IMG/VR virus record: IMGVR_UViG_3300021087_000009
Span: 1-64,000 of that record
Length of the DNA stretch: 64,000 nt
Reading direction: 5' to 3' (one strand)
Source: a virus
The notes beneath the pieces were generated by a model. That model ran no database searches and had not been told where the DNA came from. It saw only the letters and a program-made list of their open reading frames with translations. Positions 29,813 to 38,551 of the stretch are shown in pieces. Positions within the stretch are counted from its first letter, which is position 1. Each line of letters starts with the position of its first letter. The position numbers were made by a program, and so were the translations under genes.

Positions 29813-30370
29813 TTAATTTTGGCGATAGAAAAGATGCAATCCTATTCGGCCTTTTTTCTCAAAACGTTTATTCCATTCAGGATGAACGTATGGTGCGTGA
29901 TAATGTGTTGCATTATCGCTTATACCTCGTAGATAACCTTTGGTAAAGATTTTGTATGCAAGTTCTTGAATGTTACGCCAGTCTTTACCATCCTTGTTAA
30001 GAATGATATCTGGTTTGCCATCACACCACCAACTGAACTGGCACATATTACGAACAGGATTATATACCCGTTCTTCGTCCGAAACTTCTTTACCTTTAGT
30101 CCTCCAACTTTCTTGTGTTAGACCTTGTCTAACAACTTCACAGATTGTATTGGGAAACCTAGTATCAGCTACTCTATTAAGTACCACGTCGGCAACTGCC
30201 GCTCTACCGGCAAGGTTATCCGGGTGTGACTCCCAATAAATGTTTTCTGCTAAACAATATAGTTCTGGCTCTTGTTCTTGTGTATATAACTCTGCGGCAT
30301 ACACGTTGCTAACTAACAATGTAGCAATAAACAAAAAACCTACGCATAGTTTTTTAAGACATAGTTTCAT
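29813..30370 (-). CDS. SleB/Hydrolase_2 cell-wall hydrolase
   Basis: CLAENIYWE, VVLNRV...FPNTICEVV, CQFSW, ATHYHA..V.P.W, H.FY. Confidence 0.9.
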   Translation of the reverse strand: MKLCLKKLCVGFLFIATLLVSNVYAAELYTQEQEPELYCLAENIYWESHPDNLAGRAAVADVVLNRVADTRFPNTICEVVRQGLTQESWRTKGKEVSDEERVYNPVRNMCQFSWWCDGKPDIILNKDGKDWRNIQELAYKIFTKGYLRGISDNATHYHAPYVHPEWNKRFEKKGRIGLHLFYRQN

Positions 30371-30446
30371 GTTAATGTCCTTTATTCTATCTAGACGATT
30401 GTATTTAATTGGTTTTTTAGTAAAATTTATATGCTAATATAAAGCA

Positions 30447-30770
30447 CTAACTGTCAAAATCGGTATACAAGCTATATTTTGCTGTTAATTCCTGAAGTAA
30501 CCCAGGTTGTGCCTTTATTGGCTTAATGGTTACAAGATATCTAACAGGCAGTTGATGCCAATATCCTTTAAGTGTTTTACAGTTAGGAGCTTCAGAGTGA
30601 TTATAAAATGCCCCTAATGCTGTTCTAATATAACCATGCGGGAAATTTTTATTAGCAATGTGTACAATACCGAGAACTGTATTTGCCTCAAAGTCTTTTG
30701 TTGCGAATAAGCCTAAGCCTTGTACATCTGAAGAACTAATTGTTAAGCCATCCGGCAACGGTCTATACAT
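30447..30770 (-). CDS. SET-domain protein
   Basis: GLGLFA, YNHS..PNC, ELT..Y. Confidence 0.8.
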   Translation of the reverse strand: MYRPLPDGLTISSSDVQGLGLFATKDFEANTVLGIVHIANKNFPHGYIRTALGAFYNHSEAPNCKTLKGYWHQLPVRYLVTIKPIKAQPGLLQELTAKYSLYTDFDS

Positions 30771-30772
30771 AT

Positions 30773-31222
30773 TTACAATACTACTTTTTTTTCTTTTATT
30801 AATCGTTCTCTATTATTTAAATGTTCTTGTTCAACGTCATCTTTATTCTGGCCATGATATGCAACTGCATAGCCTTCTAAAATCATAATTTCGGACGCTT
30901 TAGTTTGCCTATCTTCCGGCGTATAATGGACTATAAAATCTCCTAAAATACGGCCAAACTTTCCTTTAGCATCTTCGCCATCTCTTGCTATTTGGGTTTT
31001 TAATATCTGTGCTGATCCAACTGGAAGCATATCTTTTAATCGCTTCTTAGATGCTAATCCAAATTTCTTTTCAACTTTGTCACGTGTTCGTGATTCAGGT
31101 GTGTCAATGCCCATCATTCGAACTCGTTCTTTATGCATCCATATTCCAAATCCTAAATCAATATCAACGTCGACAGTATCACCGTCGATGATTCTTAATA
31201 TTTTACACTTATATTCGTACAT
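30773..31222 (-). CDS. Thermonuclease (SNase) family protein
   Basis: IIDGDT.D, RVR..GIDTPE, GKFGRIL. Confidence 0.9.
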   Translation of the reverse strand: MYEYKCKILRIIDGDTVDVDIDLGFGIWMHKERVRMMGIDTPESRTRDKVEKKFGLASKKRLKDMLPVGSAQILKTQIARDGEDAKGKFGRILGDFIVHYTPEDRQTKASEIMILEGYAVAYHGQNKDDVEQEHLNNRERLIKEKKVVL

Positions 31223-31273
31223 GCTAAGTTAACCTTTCGTTTTATAAACTACTCAGTTATTTATAGCTATATG

Positions 31274-31726
31274 TCACCATTTTCGTTTTGCATCATTATC
31301 CTGTGTAAAGAAGATATTACGAATGTTATGTTGTGCTATAGCTTTCATACAACCTTTACAGGGTTTAGCTAGGCCTCTAACCCACTTATTCTTTTTGTCT
31401 CGCTTTACTCTCAGAATATATAAGTCGCACTTTGCAAGTTGTTCTTTTGATAGTAATTTTAATGCTTTATTAAATGCATCTATCTCAGCATGGAGGAATA
31501 TCGATTCTTTATTGTTACCATATTCCTCCATAATAGGGTGTGTCTTATAACTGTTTGTTCCAACAGTAATAATAGTTTTCTTATAAACAATAGCACAAGC
31601 TAATTTAAAACGCCCCTTAAGGCCAGGACTATCGATAGCATGTTGTTCTAGAATATCAAATATTCGTTGTGTAGGATTACGACGACCTTGTTCTGTAATC
31701 ACACCAATCGGTAAATTGTGTAGCAT
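31274..31726 (-). CDS. Zn-dependent deaminase-fold protein
   Basis: HAE ... KPCKGC. Confidence 0.8.
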   Translation of the reverse strand: MLHNLPIGVITEQGRRNPTQRIFDILEQHAIDSPGLKGRFKLACAIVYKKTIITVGTNSYKTHPIMEEYGNNKESIFLHAEIDAFNKALKLLSKEQLAKCDLYILRVKRDKKNKWVRGLAKPCKGCMKAIAQHNIRNIFFTQDNDAKRKW

Positions 31727-31745
31727 GAAGTTCCTTTATGTTACT

Positions 31746-31815
31746 TGGTGGAGCATGATGGAATCGAACCACCTAATCAAACGTGCGACACTCGATCACT
31801 CCCAGATGATGCCCC
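31746..31815 (-). ncRNA. 70-nt Ala-identity tRNA-like RNA resembling an isolated tmRNA TLD
   Basis: GGGGCAT/ATGCTCC-A-CCA with G3.U70; T-arm GGTGG-TTCGATT-CCATC; no D-stem; short internal hairpin. Confidence 0.7.
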
Positions 31816-32408
31816 TATACAAGTTCCCCATCGAAAAGTTCTTGAAACTTGGCTGATTTTGATAGTAAGTATTTCACTTTTGGATTTTTCTTTTCCATTT
31901 TCTTATCTGTCATAGTTGCTAGTTCTTTAAAGCTATCACATCTAAAATTTTCAAAACTGCAATAGTCATCACGTCCTATATTATATCTTGAACGCATACG
32001 TTCTTGTAATCTATCTTTTGTTAGGTATCCTTTTTCAAGTCGATTCTCTCTACCAACTTTAGTAACATAAAAATAATCTAGTCTATCAGTTATCTCATTG
32101 TAGACTACAATTCTTAAACTTCCAATCTTGTGTTCTATTTTATTAAGAGTAAATTGTGCATCATGTTTACGTAGTGTACAAGTTTTAGCATCTGACTTAT
32201 CCTTATCATCAAAGTCATATCCAATTGCATCAACCCATTTATATCCACCTACATTTGCCATTGCAAGTTCTACTAAGTGTTCTACATTATATGCATTAGG
32301 ATAGGCTAAGGCATTTTTTTTATTAGCCTTAGTTGGAAAAAAATCTGGTAGATATTGGAATAGTATTTCGTTTAAGATTCTATACTGCTTACCTTTGTTA
32401 GTATCCAT
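31815..32408 (-). CDS. Hypothetical protein
   Basis: SD GAGG; promoter upstream. Confidence 0.6.
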   Translation of the reverse strand: MDTNKGKQYRILNEILFQYLPDFFPTKANKKNALAYPNAYNVEHLVELAMANVGGYKWVDAIGYDFDDKDKSDAKTCTLRKHDAQFTLNKIEHKIGSLRIVVYNEITDRLDYFYVTKVGRENRLEKGYLTKDRLQERMRSRYNIGRDDYCSFENFRCDSFKELATMTDKKMEKKNPKVKYLLSKSAKFQELFDGELV

Positions 32409-32448
32409 TATATCCTCGCCTGATATTATTAAAGTACGTTAGAATACA

Positions 32449-32477
32449 ATTATACAACAACAAAGAAGTTGTGTCAA
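32449..32477 (-). promoter_or_regulatory. Sigma70 consensus promoter TTGACA-N17-TATAAT
   Basis: Perfect consensus. Confidence 0.8.
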
Positions 32478-32494
32478 GCATTTTTTTTAAAAAA

Positions 32495-32850
<356 letters not shown>

Positions 32851-32852
32851 GT

Positions 32853-32883
32853 TATTTATAACACATATTAATAGTAAGGTCAA
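32853..32883 (-). promoter_or_regulatory. tmRNA promoter TTGACC-N17-TATAAA, overlapping a T4 late-type TATAAATA
   Basis: Read directly. Confidence 0.65.
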
Positions 32884-32983
32884 TAACCGGTATATTCAAA
32901 GAGTTTTGTTAAGATGTTAAATATTATTAGTACATTTAATTTGTACTAGCACATTATATTAACAATCAATTTTGGAGATAGCG

Positions 32984-33061
32984 ATGAAATGGAATAAACC
33001 ACAAATCGCAGAAGTATCAGTTGGCTTAGAAATCAACTGCTATGCTTGTGCAGAAATATAA
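32984..33061 (+). CDS. pqqA: PQQ precursor peptide MKWNKPQIAEVSVGLEINCYACAEI (not in ORF track)
   Basis: M.W.KP...E...G.EI..Y consensus with ExxxY; SD GGAG; own terminator. Confidence 0.9.
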   Translation: MKWNKPQIAEVSVGLEINCYACAEI

Positions 33062-33072
33062 ATTAATAAGAT

Positions 33073-33099
33073 TGGGTCAAACTTTGTTTGGCCCTTTTT
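33073..33099 (+). terminator. Rho-independent terminator after pqqA
   Basis: GGGTCAAAC-TTT-GTTTGGCCC-TTTTT. Confidence 0.8.
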
Positions 33100-33259
33100 A
33101 GTTTAAAATTGGTACGCCGTAGATTGCAAGATATATAATTCCTGCCAGAAGAGTAATATCAGCTATTATACTCCAAAGTATATAAGCCTTAAACATCCAG
33201 GGAACTAAAGGTTTCACTTTGTTCAATTTTCCTTTACACCATACTCGCAGGCTCTTCAT
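33098..33259 (-). CDS. 53-aa membrane protein (not in ORF track)
   Basis: SD GGAGG; MKSLRVW...YILWSIIADITLLAGIIYLAIYGVPILN. Confidence 0.6.
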   Translation of the reverse strand: MKSLRVWCKGKLNKVKPLVPWMFKAYILWSIIADITLLAGIIYLAIYGVPILN

Positions 33260-33320
33260 TTTGAGCCTCCTGTTGGCTTGAGATTGTTACTATATCCATA
33301 ATATTCTCCAAGTTGTACAT
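33234..33320 (-). CDS. Possible 28-aa peptide MYNLENIMDIVTISSQQEAQNEEPASMV
   Basis: SD GGAGG and TAAATA upstream; overlaps the 53-aa ORF. Confidence 0.3.
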   Translation of the reverse strand: MYNLENIMDIVTISSQQEAQNEEPASMV

Positions 33321-33395
33321 CTATTTCCTCCACTATTTATGCCAATGTGGATAACTACATGATTAGAAAGGTCATTATGACTATATTTAGGATTT

Positions 33396-33806
33396 ATGGA
33401 GAATAATCTATTAATCCACAAACATTTAATTATTCGAGCAGAAGTTAATAACCCTCCGACTGACATAACTGTCCTTACACAATGGATGAAGGACTTTATA
33501 GTATCTATTAATATGCGAATTATGATGGGTCCGTATGTTGCATATTGTAATGAACCTGGTAACAGAGGAATAACAGGAATTGCTGTTATAGAAACCTCAC
33601 ATATTGCTATGCATGTATGGGACGAACCGGCACCAGCTTTAATGCAACTAGACGTATATTCGTGTGCTGATTTTGATCCTTACAAAATAGCAGAGAAGAT
33701 TAAACAAGATTTTAATGTAGTAAAAATTGATTATAAATTTCTAAACAGAGAAACAGGACTTAAACCGATTAGGTTAAAGAAGGACAATATATCATTAATA
33801 AAATAA
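33396..33806 (+). CDS. speD: Pyruvoyl-dependent AdoMetDC-family decarboxylase proenzyme
   Basis: HLII, G.TG..VIETSHI..H.W, DVYSC; phage homologues can prefer Arg/Orn, so substrate uncertain. Confidence 0.85.
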   Translation: MENNLLIHKHLIIRAEVNNPPTDITVLTQWMKDFIVSINMRIMMGPYVAYCNEPGNRGITGIAVIETSHIAMHVWDEPAPALMQLDVYSCADFDPYKIAEKIKQDFNVVKIDYKFLNRETGLKPIRLKKDNISLIK

Positions 33807-33816
33807 ACGAGGAACA

Positions 33817-34029
33817 ATGGCAGGGTATAAAAGTACAAGAGGTACTAAATCAGTTAACAATAAAAAATATTATAATGTTACAGACGCAGAAGGTAATGTA
33901 ACTCCATATGAAGTTAAACCTACAATGTTTGTAAGTTCTAATGGTAAGAAGAAACTTTGTGGAACAGCTAACGGTGAATTGATAGTCGATTCAGAAGGCA
34001 CTCCTATACCATTTAGAAGCATTGGTTAA
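33817..34029 (+). CDS. Hypothetical protein
   Basis: SD GAGG. Confidence 0.6.
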   Translation: MAGYKSTRGTKSVNNKKYYNVTDAEGNVTPYEVKPTMFVSSNGKKKLCGTANGELIVDSEGTPIPFRSIG

Positions 34030-34037
34030 TTTAATTA

Positions 34038-34262
34038 TTATCTATTAAAACTATCAGGTTGTGATACATTCCCAGCAATCTCACGTCCACGATTATCAAC
34101 TAGTTCGTATTCTAGCATCATCTTATCGCGGATATTTGTAATGTGAGCTTGTTCGAATGCAGAGATGTGAATGAAAACGTCCTTGCCGCCATCATCTGGC
34201 GTAATAAAACCGTACCCCTTCTTAGCATCAAACCATTTTAGGGTTCCTGTGATTCTACTCAT
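34038..34262 (-). CDS. Cold-shock domain protein
   Basis: GTLKWFDAKKGYGFI, DVFIHIS. Confidence 0.92.
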   Translation of the reverse strand: MSRITGTLKWFDAKKGYGFITPDDGGKDVFIHISAFEQAHITNIRDKMMLEYELVDNRGREIAGNVSQPDSFNR

Positions 34263-34354
34263 ATTTTTTATAATTCCTCGTGTCACGAGGAACTTTCCCT
34301 CGTCAGTAATAATTACTGATAATATTTATCAGTTTCTAGTAATTTTTAGATGAT

Positions 34355-34564
34355 TTAATTAGACTGTAAATTAACTGCCGCTGGGCCTTTTGCGCCTTCT
34401 TGTATGTCAAACGTTAATGCTTGACCTTCAACTAAATTGTTCATACCTGCATCTCTTACTGCCGATGTGTGTACGAAAATATCTTTACTTCCATCTTCCG
34501 GTGTAATGAATCCGTAACCTTTTACGTCATTAAACCATTTTACTTTTCCGTTCATTGTACTCAT
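34355..34564 (-). CDS. cspA: Cold-shock protein
   Basis: GKVKWFN..KGYGFI, DIFVH.S, KGP.A.NL. Confidence 0.93.
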   Translation of the reverse strand: MSTMNGKVKWFNDVKGYGFITPEDGSKDIFVHTSAVRDAGMNNLVEGQALTFDIQEGAKGPAAVNLQSN

Positions 34565-34660
34565 ATTGTTTCTTTGTTTCCTTTATTGTTTATTGTTACT
34601 ATACAAACATAGTACAATTCAATACTGTACTATGCTTGTGTATAGTTATTATTTATTAGT

Positions 34661-34837
34661 CTATAGTGAATTCTTTCTTTCTTGAATTTCTGCTCTTCGA
34701 CCCTTAGCTAATTTGCCAAGATTACCTAATGCCTTGCGGGCTCTTGCCGCCGAGGCTTTTACATTCTTTTCTTCGAATGATGCGTGTTCTTTTAAATACG
34801 CTTCGTATTGCTCTACGATTTCTTCATGCTTTGACAT
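34661..34837 (-). CDS. 58-aa histone-H1-like (Hc1-type) protein (not in ORF track)
   Basis: MSKHEEIVEQYEAYLKEHASFEEKNVKASAARARKALGNLGKLAKGRRAEIQEKKNSL; SD AAGGAG. Confidence 0.75.
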   Translation of the reverse strand: MSKHEEIVEQYEAYLKEHASFEEKNVKASAARARKALGNLGKLAKGRRAEIQERKNSL

Positions 34838-34938
34838 ATATCCGTCTCCTTAGTTAAAAATTTATATCGATATGTACTATTATGTATGTTTAAATGCAGG
34901 TTCTATTATAAAATGTGGCTTTAAAGTAGTTAAAATGG

Positions 34939-36189
34939 CTAAGATATCTTTTTTGGACGAAATATTCTAAGCATCATAGTATTATGTGGCGTACCTTTAC
35001 TATAGTTATATGCACCTTTACCACCTTCCTTCCCTTTAGGGTTATAAGGACTTGGTGACGTTCCTGCCCAATTATGGCTAACTGTTCCGCCTGCTGGATT
35101 ATTTTCTACCAATGTAGTAAGAGCATTAGCATTTTGATTCCCTCCAACAAAGGACATAAGTTGGGCATCTGAGTCATTACTATAAACAAAATTTACGTGT
35201 GAAGATGACCAGTAACACATGTCTCCACATTTTGCCTCTCTAAAATCAGTAATTTCTGTTGACTCATATTTTGCTTGTTTTGTTATTAAATGTTTTGCAG
35301 TAGCACTTTGTAAATATCGATAGCCTGCCTTCTTTAAAACAAAATTAAGGAAGCCCATACACCAAGCAGTTTGATCAGTATACCAGTTATTTGCATTTAC
35401 ATATCCAATGTCTTTCCATATTCCTAAAATCTTTTGATTTTGAAATTCGCCTTCCATGTCAGCAGTTCCATCAGGTTTCTGATAGCGATGCTTATTACTA
35501 ACAGCACCAAAGTATGGAAGTTTTCTAAGACCAGTTTTATTTTTACTTGTTTTTGGAGCATCATATACTATACCTTTTTCTAACCATAAGCCTGCTTTAG
35601 CTTCTATTAGAAATTGATCTAAAATCCCGTCGAAGGGATGACATAAGTCTTCATGTGTTTGAGCTGGTTCATTTTCTATTGCAATAGGCTCTACTTCATT
35701 TATATCAGGTGTAGGAACATGTTTGACTGTTAGTTCTTCAGCACTAACTGGATCTGGAACTTCATGTATAACTTCTGCTGGTTCTAATGGTACTGGTGGT
35801 GGATAATGTGCTGGATTAAATGGTTCTCGTATTATAAGTGCCGCCCGTGCTTCGATTTTTACTATTACAGGTGGCGGAAGAACTACTACAGGATCACTAG
35901 TTGGATCACCTGTGCATACGTCTGGAGATCCCCCGTCTGTATCTGGGCCACAATGTGGTGGAACAGGACAAAGAGAATCTGCATTTGCTGTATCTGGTGT
36001 ATGATTTACTGTAAGAATGTTATCAGCATATACTTCATTTGAATGAGCTATCAAGGCACCGTCGCCATGTGAATTAGGATCGGCGTCAACTGATACTAGC
36101 AAATTATTAGCATAGACATCAGTATTGCCAGCTACAGTTGTTGTCGCCCCACAAACACGAGGATCTGTATCTCTGTGTATATCTGCCAT
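34939..36189 (-). CDS. PAAR-like spike fused to a TIGR02594/NlpC-P60-like amidase
   Basis: N-terminal HR.TD...CG, VY.N repeats, GSPDV; Pro linker; TAWC..F, HV.F, GGNQ. Confidence 0.75.
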   Translation of the reverse strand: MADIHRDTDPRVCGATTTVAGNTDVYANNLLVSVDADPNSHGDGALIAHSNEVYADNILTVNHTPDTANADSLCPVPPHCGPDTDGGSPDVCTGDPTSDPVVVLPPPVIVKIEARAALIIREPFNPAHYPPPVPLEPAEVIHEVPDPVSAEELTVKHVPTPDINEVEPIAIENEPAQTHEDLCHPFDGILDQFLIEAKAGLWLEKGIVYDAPKTSKNKTGLRKLPYFGAVSNKHRYQKPDGTADMEGEFQNQKILGIWKDIGYVNANNWYTDQTAWCMGFLNFVLKKAGYRYLQSATAKHLITKQAKYESTEITDFREAKCGDMCYWSSSHVNFVYSNDSDAQLMSFVGGNQNANALTTLVENNPAGGTVSHNWAGTSPSPYNPKGKEGGKGAYNYSKGTPHNTMMLRIFRPKKIS

Positions 36190-36201
36190 ACTAGTATTTA
36201 T

Positions 36202-36513
36202 TTAAACGATAAGTGACGGCTTTTCTGGTACTACTAATGATGATGTTTGTTGACGGTATGCATCGGCAAAATCTTCTCTTGTAATTGTAATTAATGTAAT
36301 TGAGTCGTGTCTAATAGTATAGGATTTACCAACTTCAGCAGTAAACAAGAATTGTTGTAATCCAATACCTTTTTCAGTAGCAACTATTGTTAAAGGTGTA
36401 CTAACTTTAACCATGCTTTCGTTTTCTTCTTCTAACTTACCAACTAGTTCTTCGCCGGATTTTAGTTTTATAGTAACTACATCATTTACTTTATAATTTG
36501 TTTCAATTAGCAC
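36202..36513 (-). CDS. Conserved phage Sm-like protein
   Basis: TIKL.SGEELVG; Y.QQTS.L. Confidence 0.6.
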   Translation of the reverse strand: MLIETNYKVNDVVTIKLKSGEELVGKLEEENESMVKVSTPLTIVATEKGIGLQQFLFTAEVGKSYTIRHDSITLITITREDFADAYRQQTSSLVVPEKPSLIV

Positions 36514-36528
36514 ATTTAACCCCTATTG

Positions 36529-36804
36529 TTAGTTATCACGCCACATGTCGTGATCTTGATAATATTGTTCAAGTTCTTGATACCCGCCTACATACTTACC
36601 GTGTAAAATAATTTGTGGTGCAGATTTTGGCCTAGGCATACCATTTAAATCAAACTCTTCAAATAGTCGTTCAACAGTTATGTCTTTACCGATTATTATT
36701 TCAATATAAGGAATCCTAGAATTACTTAGTAAATCTTTAGCTTTAGTACAGTAAGGACAGTTAGGCTTACTATATATTACATTTGGCAACTTCTCTTGTG
36801 ACAT
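36529..36804 (-). CDS. Glutaredoxin
   Basis: CPYC, PQI, YVGGY; next to nrdAB. Confidence 0.9.
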   Translation of the reverse strand: MSQEKLPNVIYSKPNCPYCTKAKDLLSNSRIPYIEIIIGKDITVERLFEEFDLNGMPRPKSAPQIILHGKYVGGYQELEQYYQDHDMWRDN

Positions 36805-37003
36805 GATCGTTCTTCTCCGTATATTTGTCCCAAACATTCTTCCATATATGTTGACAACGGCAACAATTAAATGTTTGTATTACTTTATTATTAACTTCCT
36901 CTAAACTAAATCCGCAATTTTTAGAAATATGATTCTCTTCATACTCTTTACATTTTGGACATTCTTGAAACGGTATAATATGGTAATTCCCGTTAAACGC
37001 CAT
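36770..37003 (-). CDS. Small zinc-ribbon protein
   Basis: CPKC ... CCRCQHIW. Confidence 0.55.
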   Translation of the reverse strand: MAFNGNYHIIPFQECPKCKEYEENHISKNCGFSLEEVNNKVIQTFNCCRCQHIWKNVWDKYTEKNDHVTREVAKCNI

Positions 37004-37037
37004 TATCTTCCTTTATGACTAGAGTGTTATTAGATCT

Positions 37038-37412
37038 TTATTCTTTTGGTATACTCCATCTTGTACGTATGTCTTTAAAGCTAAGAATGACAATTGCAGA
37101 AGCAATAAGAACTATTGAGAATGATTCATAAACTAATGCAGTTGGATCCATTTCTTTTCCTTGTAATATTATTTGGCGGGCTAATGCAGTTATGGCAATC
37201 AAAAGTGGTAAATGTATGCTTATAGATTGTTCTTGCCAAAAGACTCGAACCATAGCTACTACTTCTAAATATAAAAACATTAATAGCAAATCAGCCAAGG
37301 ATACTGTTTGATGTACAACTATTGATTTTAACTCAATGCCTACAGCTATTATAGTACTCGTTAAAATAATACTTAACAAACCTAATTGTAGATACTTTGT
37401 AATCTTTTCCAT
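37038..37412 (-). CDS. psiE: Phosphate-starvation-inducible PsiE family membrane protein
   Basis: DLLLMFLYLEV..M, IAITALAR.II. Confidence 0.85.
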   Translation of the reverse strand: MEKITKYLQLGLLSIILTSTIIAVGIELKSIVVHQTVSLADLLLMFLYLEVVAMVRVFWQEQSISIHLPLLIAITALARQIILQGKEMDPTALVYESFSIVLIASAIVILSFKDIRTRWSIPKE

Positions 37413-37418
37413 ATTGTA

Positions 37419-38534
37419 TTATAGTTTAAATCCCTTTAATTTATCTTGTGTTGCTTCATCTACGTCGTGTTTTATACCACCGATGATATAGCTTTCTATC
37501 TCCGTTTCCTGCGGGGCCACTTGTAGTCCCGAACTACTCAACCAATGTTGTGTCCAGGGTAATGGGTTTGTATTCAGTGGGCGGTCATAAAGCGTTTTAT
37601 AACCTAACGCTTTTAATCTTCTATTAGCAATATATTCAACGTAAGCATGTAATAAGTTTTCATTTAATCCAATAATAGATCCTTGTTGAAATAGATAGTT
37701 AGTCCATGCTTTTTCTTCGTCTACACAAGCCTTCCACATTTCATATACTTCTTCTTCACACTCAGCAACGATACTTTGCATTTCTTTATCGTCTTCACCT
37801 TTCATCCAATGTTTAAGTACATGGCTTGTAAGGTTTAAGTGTGTTGCTTCATCTCTAGCAATTAAGGAAATAATCTTAGCTGAGCCTTCCATCATTTTTA
37901 ATTCACCAAATGCAAACGTACATGCAAACGATACATAAAAACGTAGTCCTTCTAAGATATTAACATTCATCATTGCAAGAAATAGTTTCTTTTTAACTTC
38001 ACGCATTGTACCTTTTTTATGATGCATAAAATTATCAACAGCAAGTGTAAACTCGTCATAGTTTTTTGTAACACTTTCTGCTCTTTTAATAATTTCTTTA
38101 TCGTCTAAGATCGTATCTAGTATTTCTGTAGGATTAGCATATACATTCTTCATAATATGTGTGTATGCTCTACTGTGAATAGATTCAAAAAAGTCCCAAG
38201 TAATAATGCACCCTTCTAATTCTGGCAGTGAAACATAAGGCAAGAAAGCTAATGCTGGTCCTCTACCTTGTACACTATCTAATAGAGTTTGATACTTTAA
38301 GTTACTAGTGAAGATATGTTTTTGTTCTGGTCTAAAGTTTTGAAAGTCTGAACGATCTTTTTGTAGACTTACTTCTTCTGGCCTCCAAAAGTATCCAAGC
38401 ATAGTTTGATTAAGTTTATCAAACTCAGGAAATTTAAATACATCGTACCGTTGTACATTTTGTGCTTCACCAAAGAACATTGGCTGTTTAGTGAAATCGA
38501 TTTTTTCTTTATTGAATACAGTTTTAGAAGTCAT
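37419..38534 (-). CDS. nrdB: Ribonucleotide reductase class Ia beta
   Basis: FWRPEEV, LDSVQGRGP, ESIHS..Y, EGLRFYVSF, DEATH, VAPQETE. Confidence 0.97.
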   Translation of the reverse strand: MTSKTVFNKEKIDFTKQPMFFGEAQNVQRYDVFKFPEFDKLNQTMLGYFWRPEEVSLQKDRSDFQNFRPEQKHIFTSNLKYQTLLDSVQGRGPALAFLPYVSLPELEGCIITWDFFESIHSRAYTHIMKNVYANPTEILDTILDDKEIIKRAESVTKNYDEFTLAVDNFMHHKKGTMREVKKKLFLAMMNVNILEGLRFYVSFACTFAFGELKMMEGSAKIISLIARDEATHLNLTSHVLKHWMKGEDDKEMQSIVAECEEEVYEMWKACVDEEKAWTNYLFQQGSIIGLNENLLHAYVEYIANRRLKALGYKTLYDRPLNTNPLPWTQHWLSSSGLQVAPQETEIESYIIGGIKHDVDEATQDKLKGFKL

Positions 38535-38551
38535 TTTATAATCCAGTTAAT

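Noticed and set aside
31746-31815. Ordinary tRNA-Arg(TCG) or tRNA-Ala call
   Set aside because: No D-stem and no U33 or canonical loop; the Ala acceptor conflicts with TCG. Reported as a TLD-like RNA instead.
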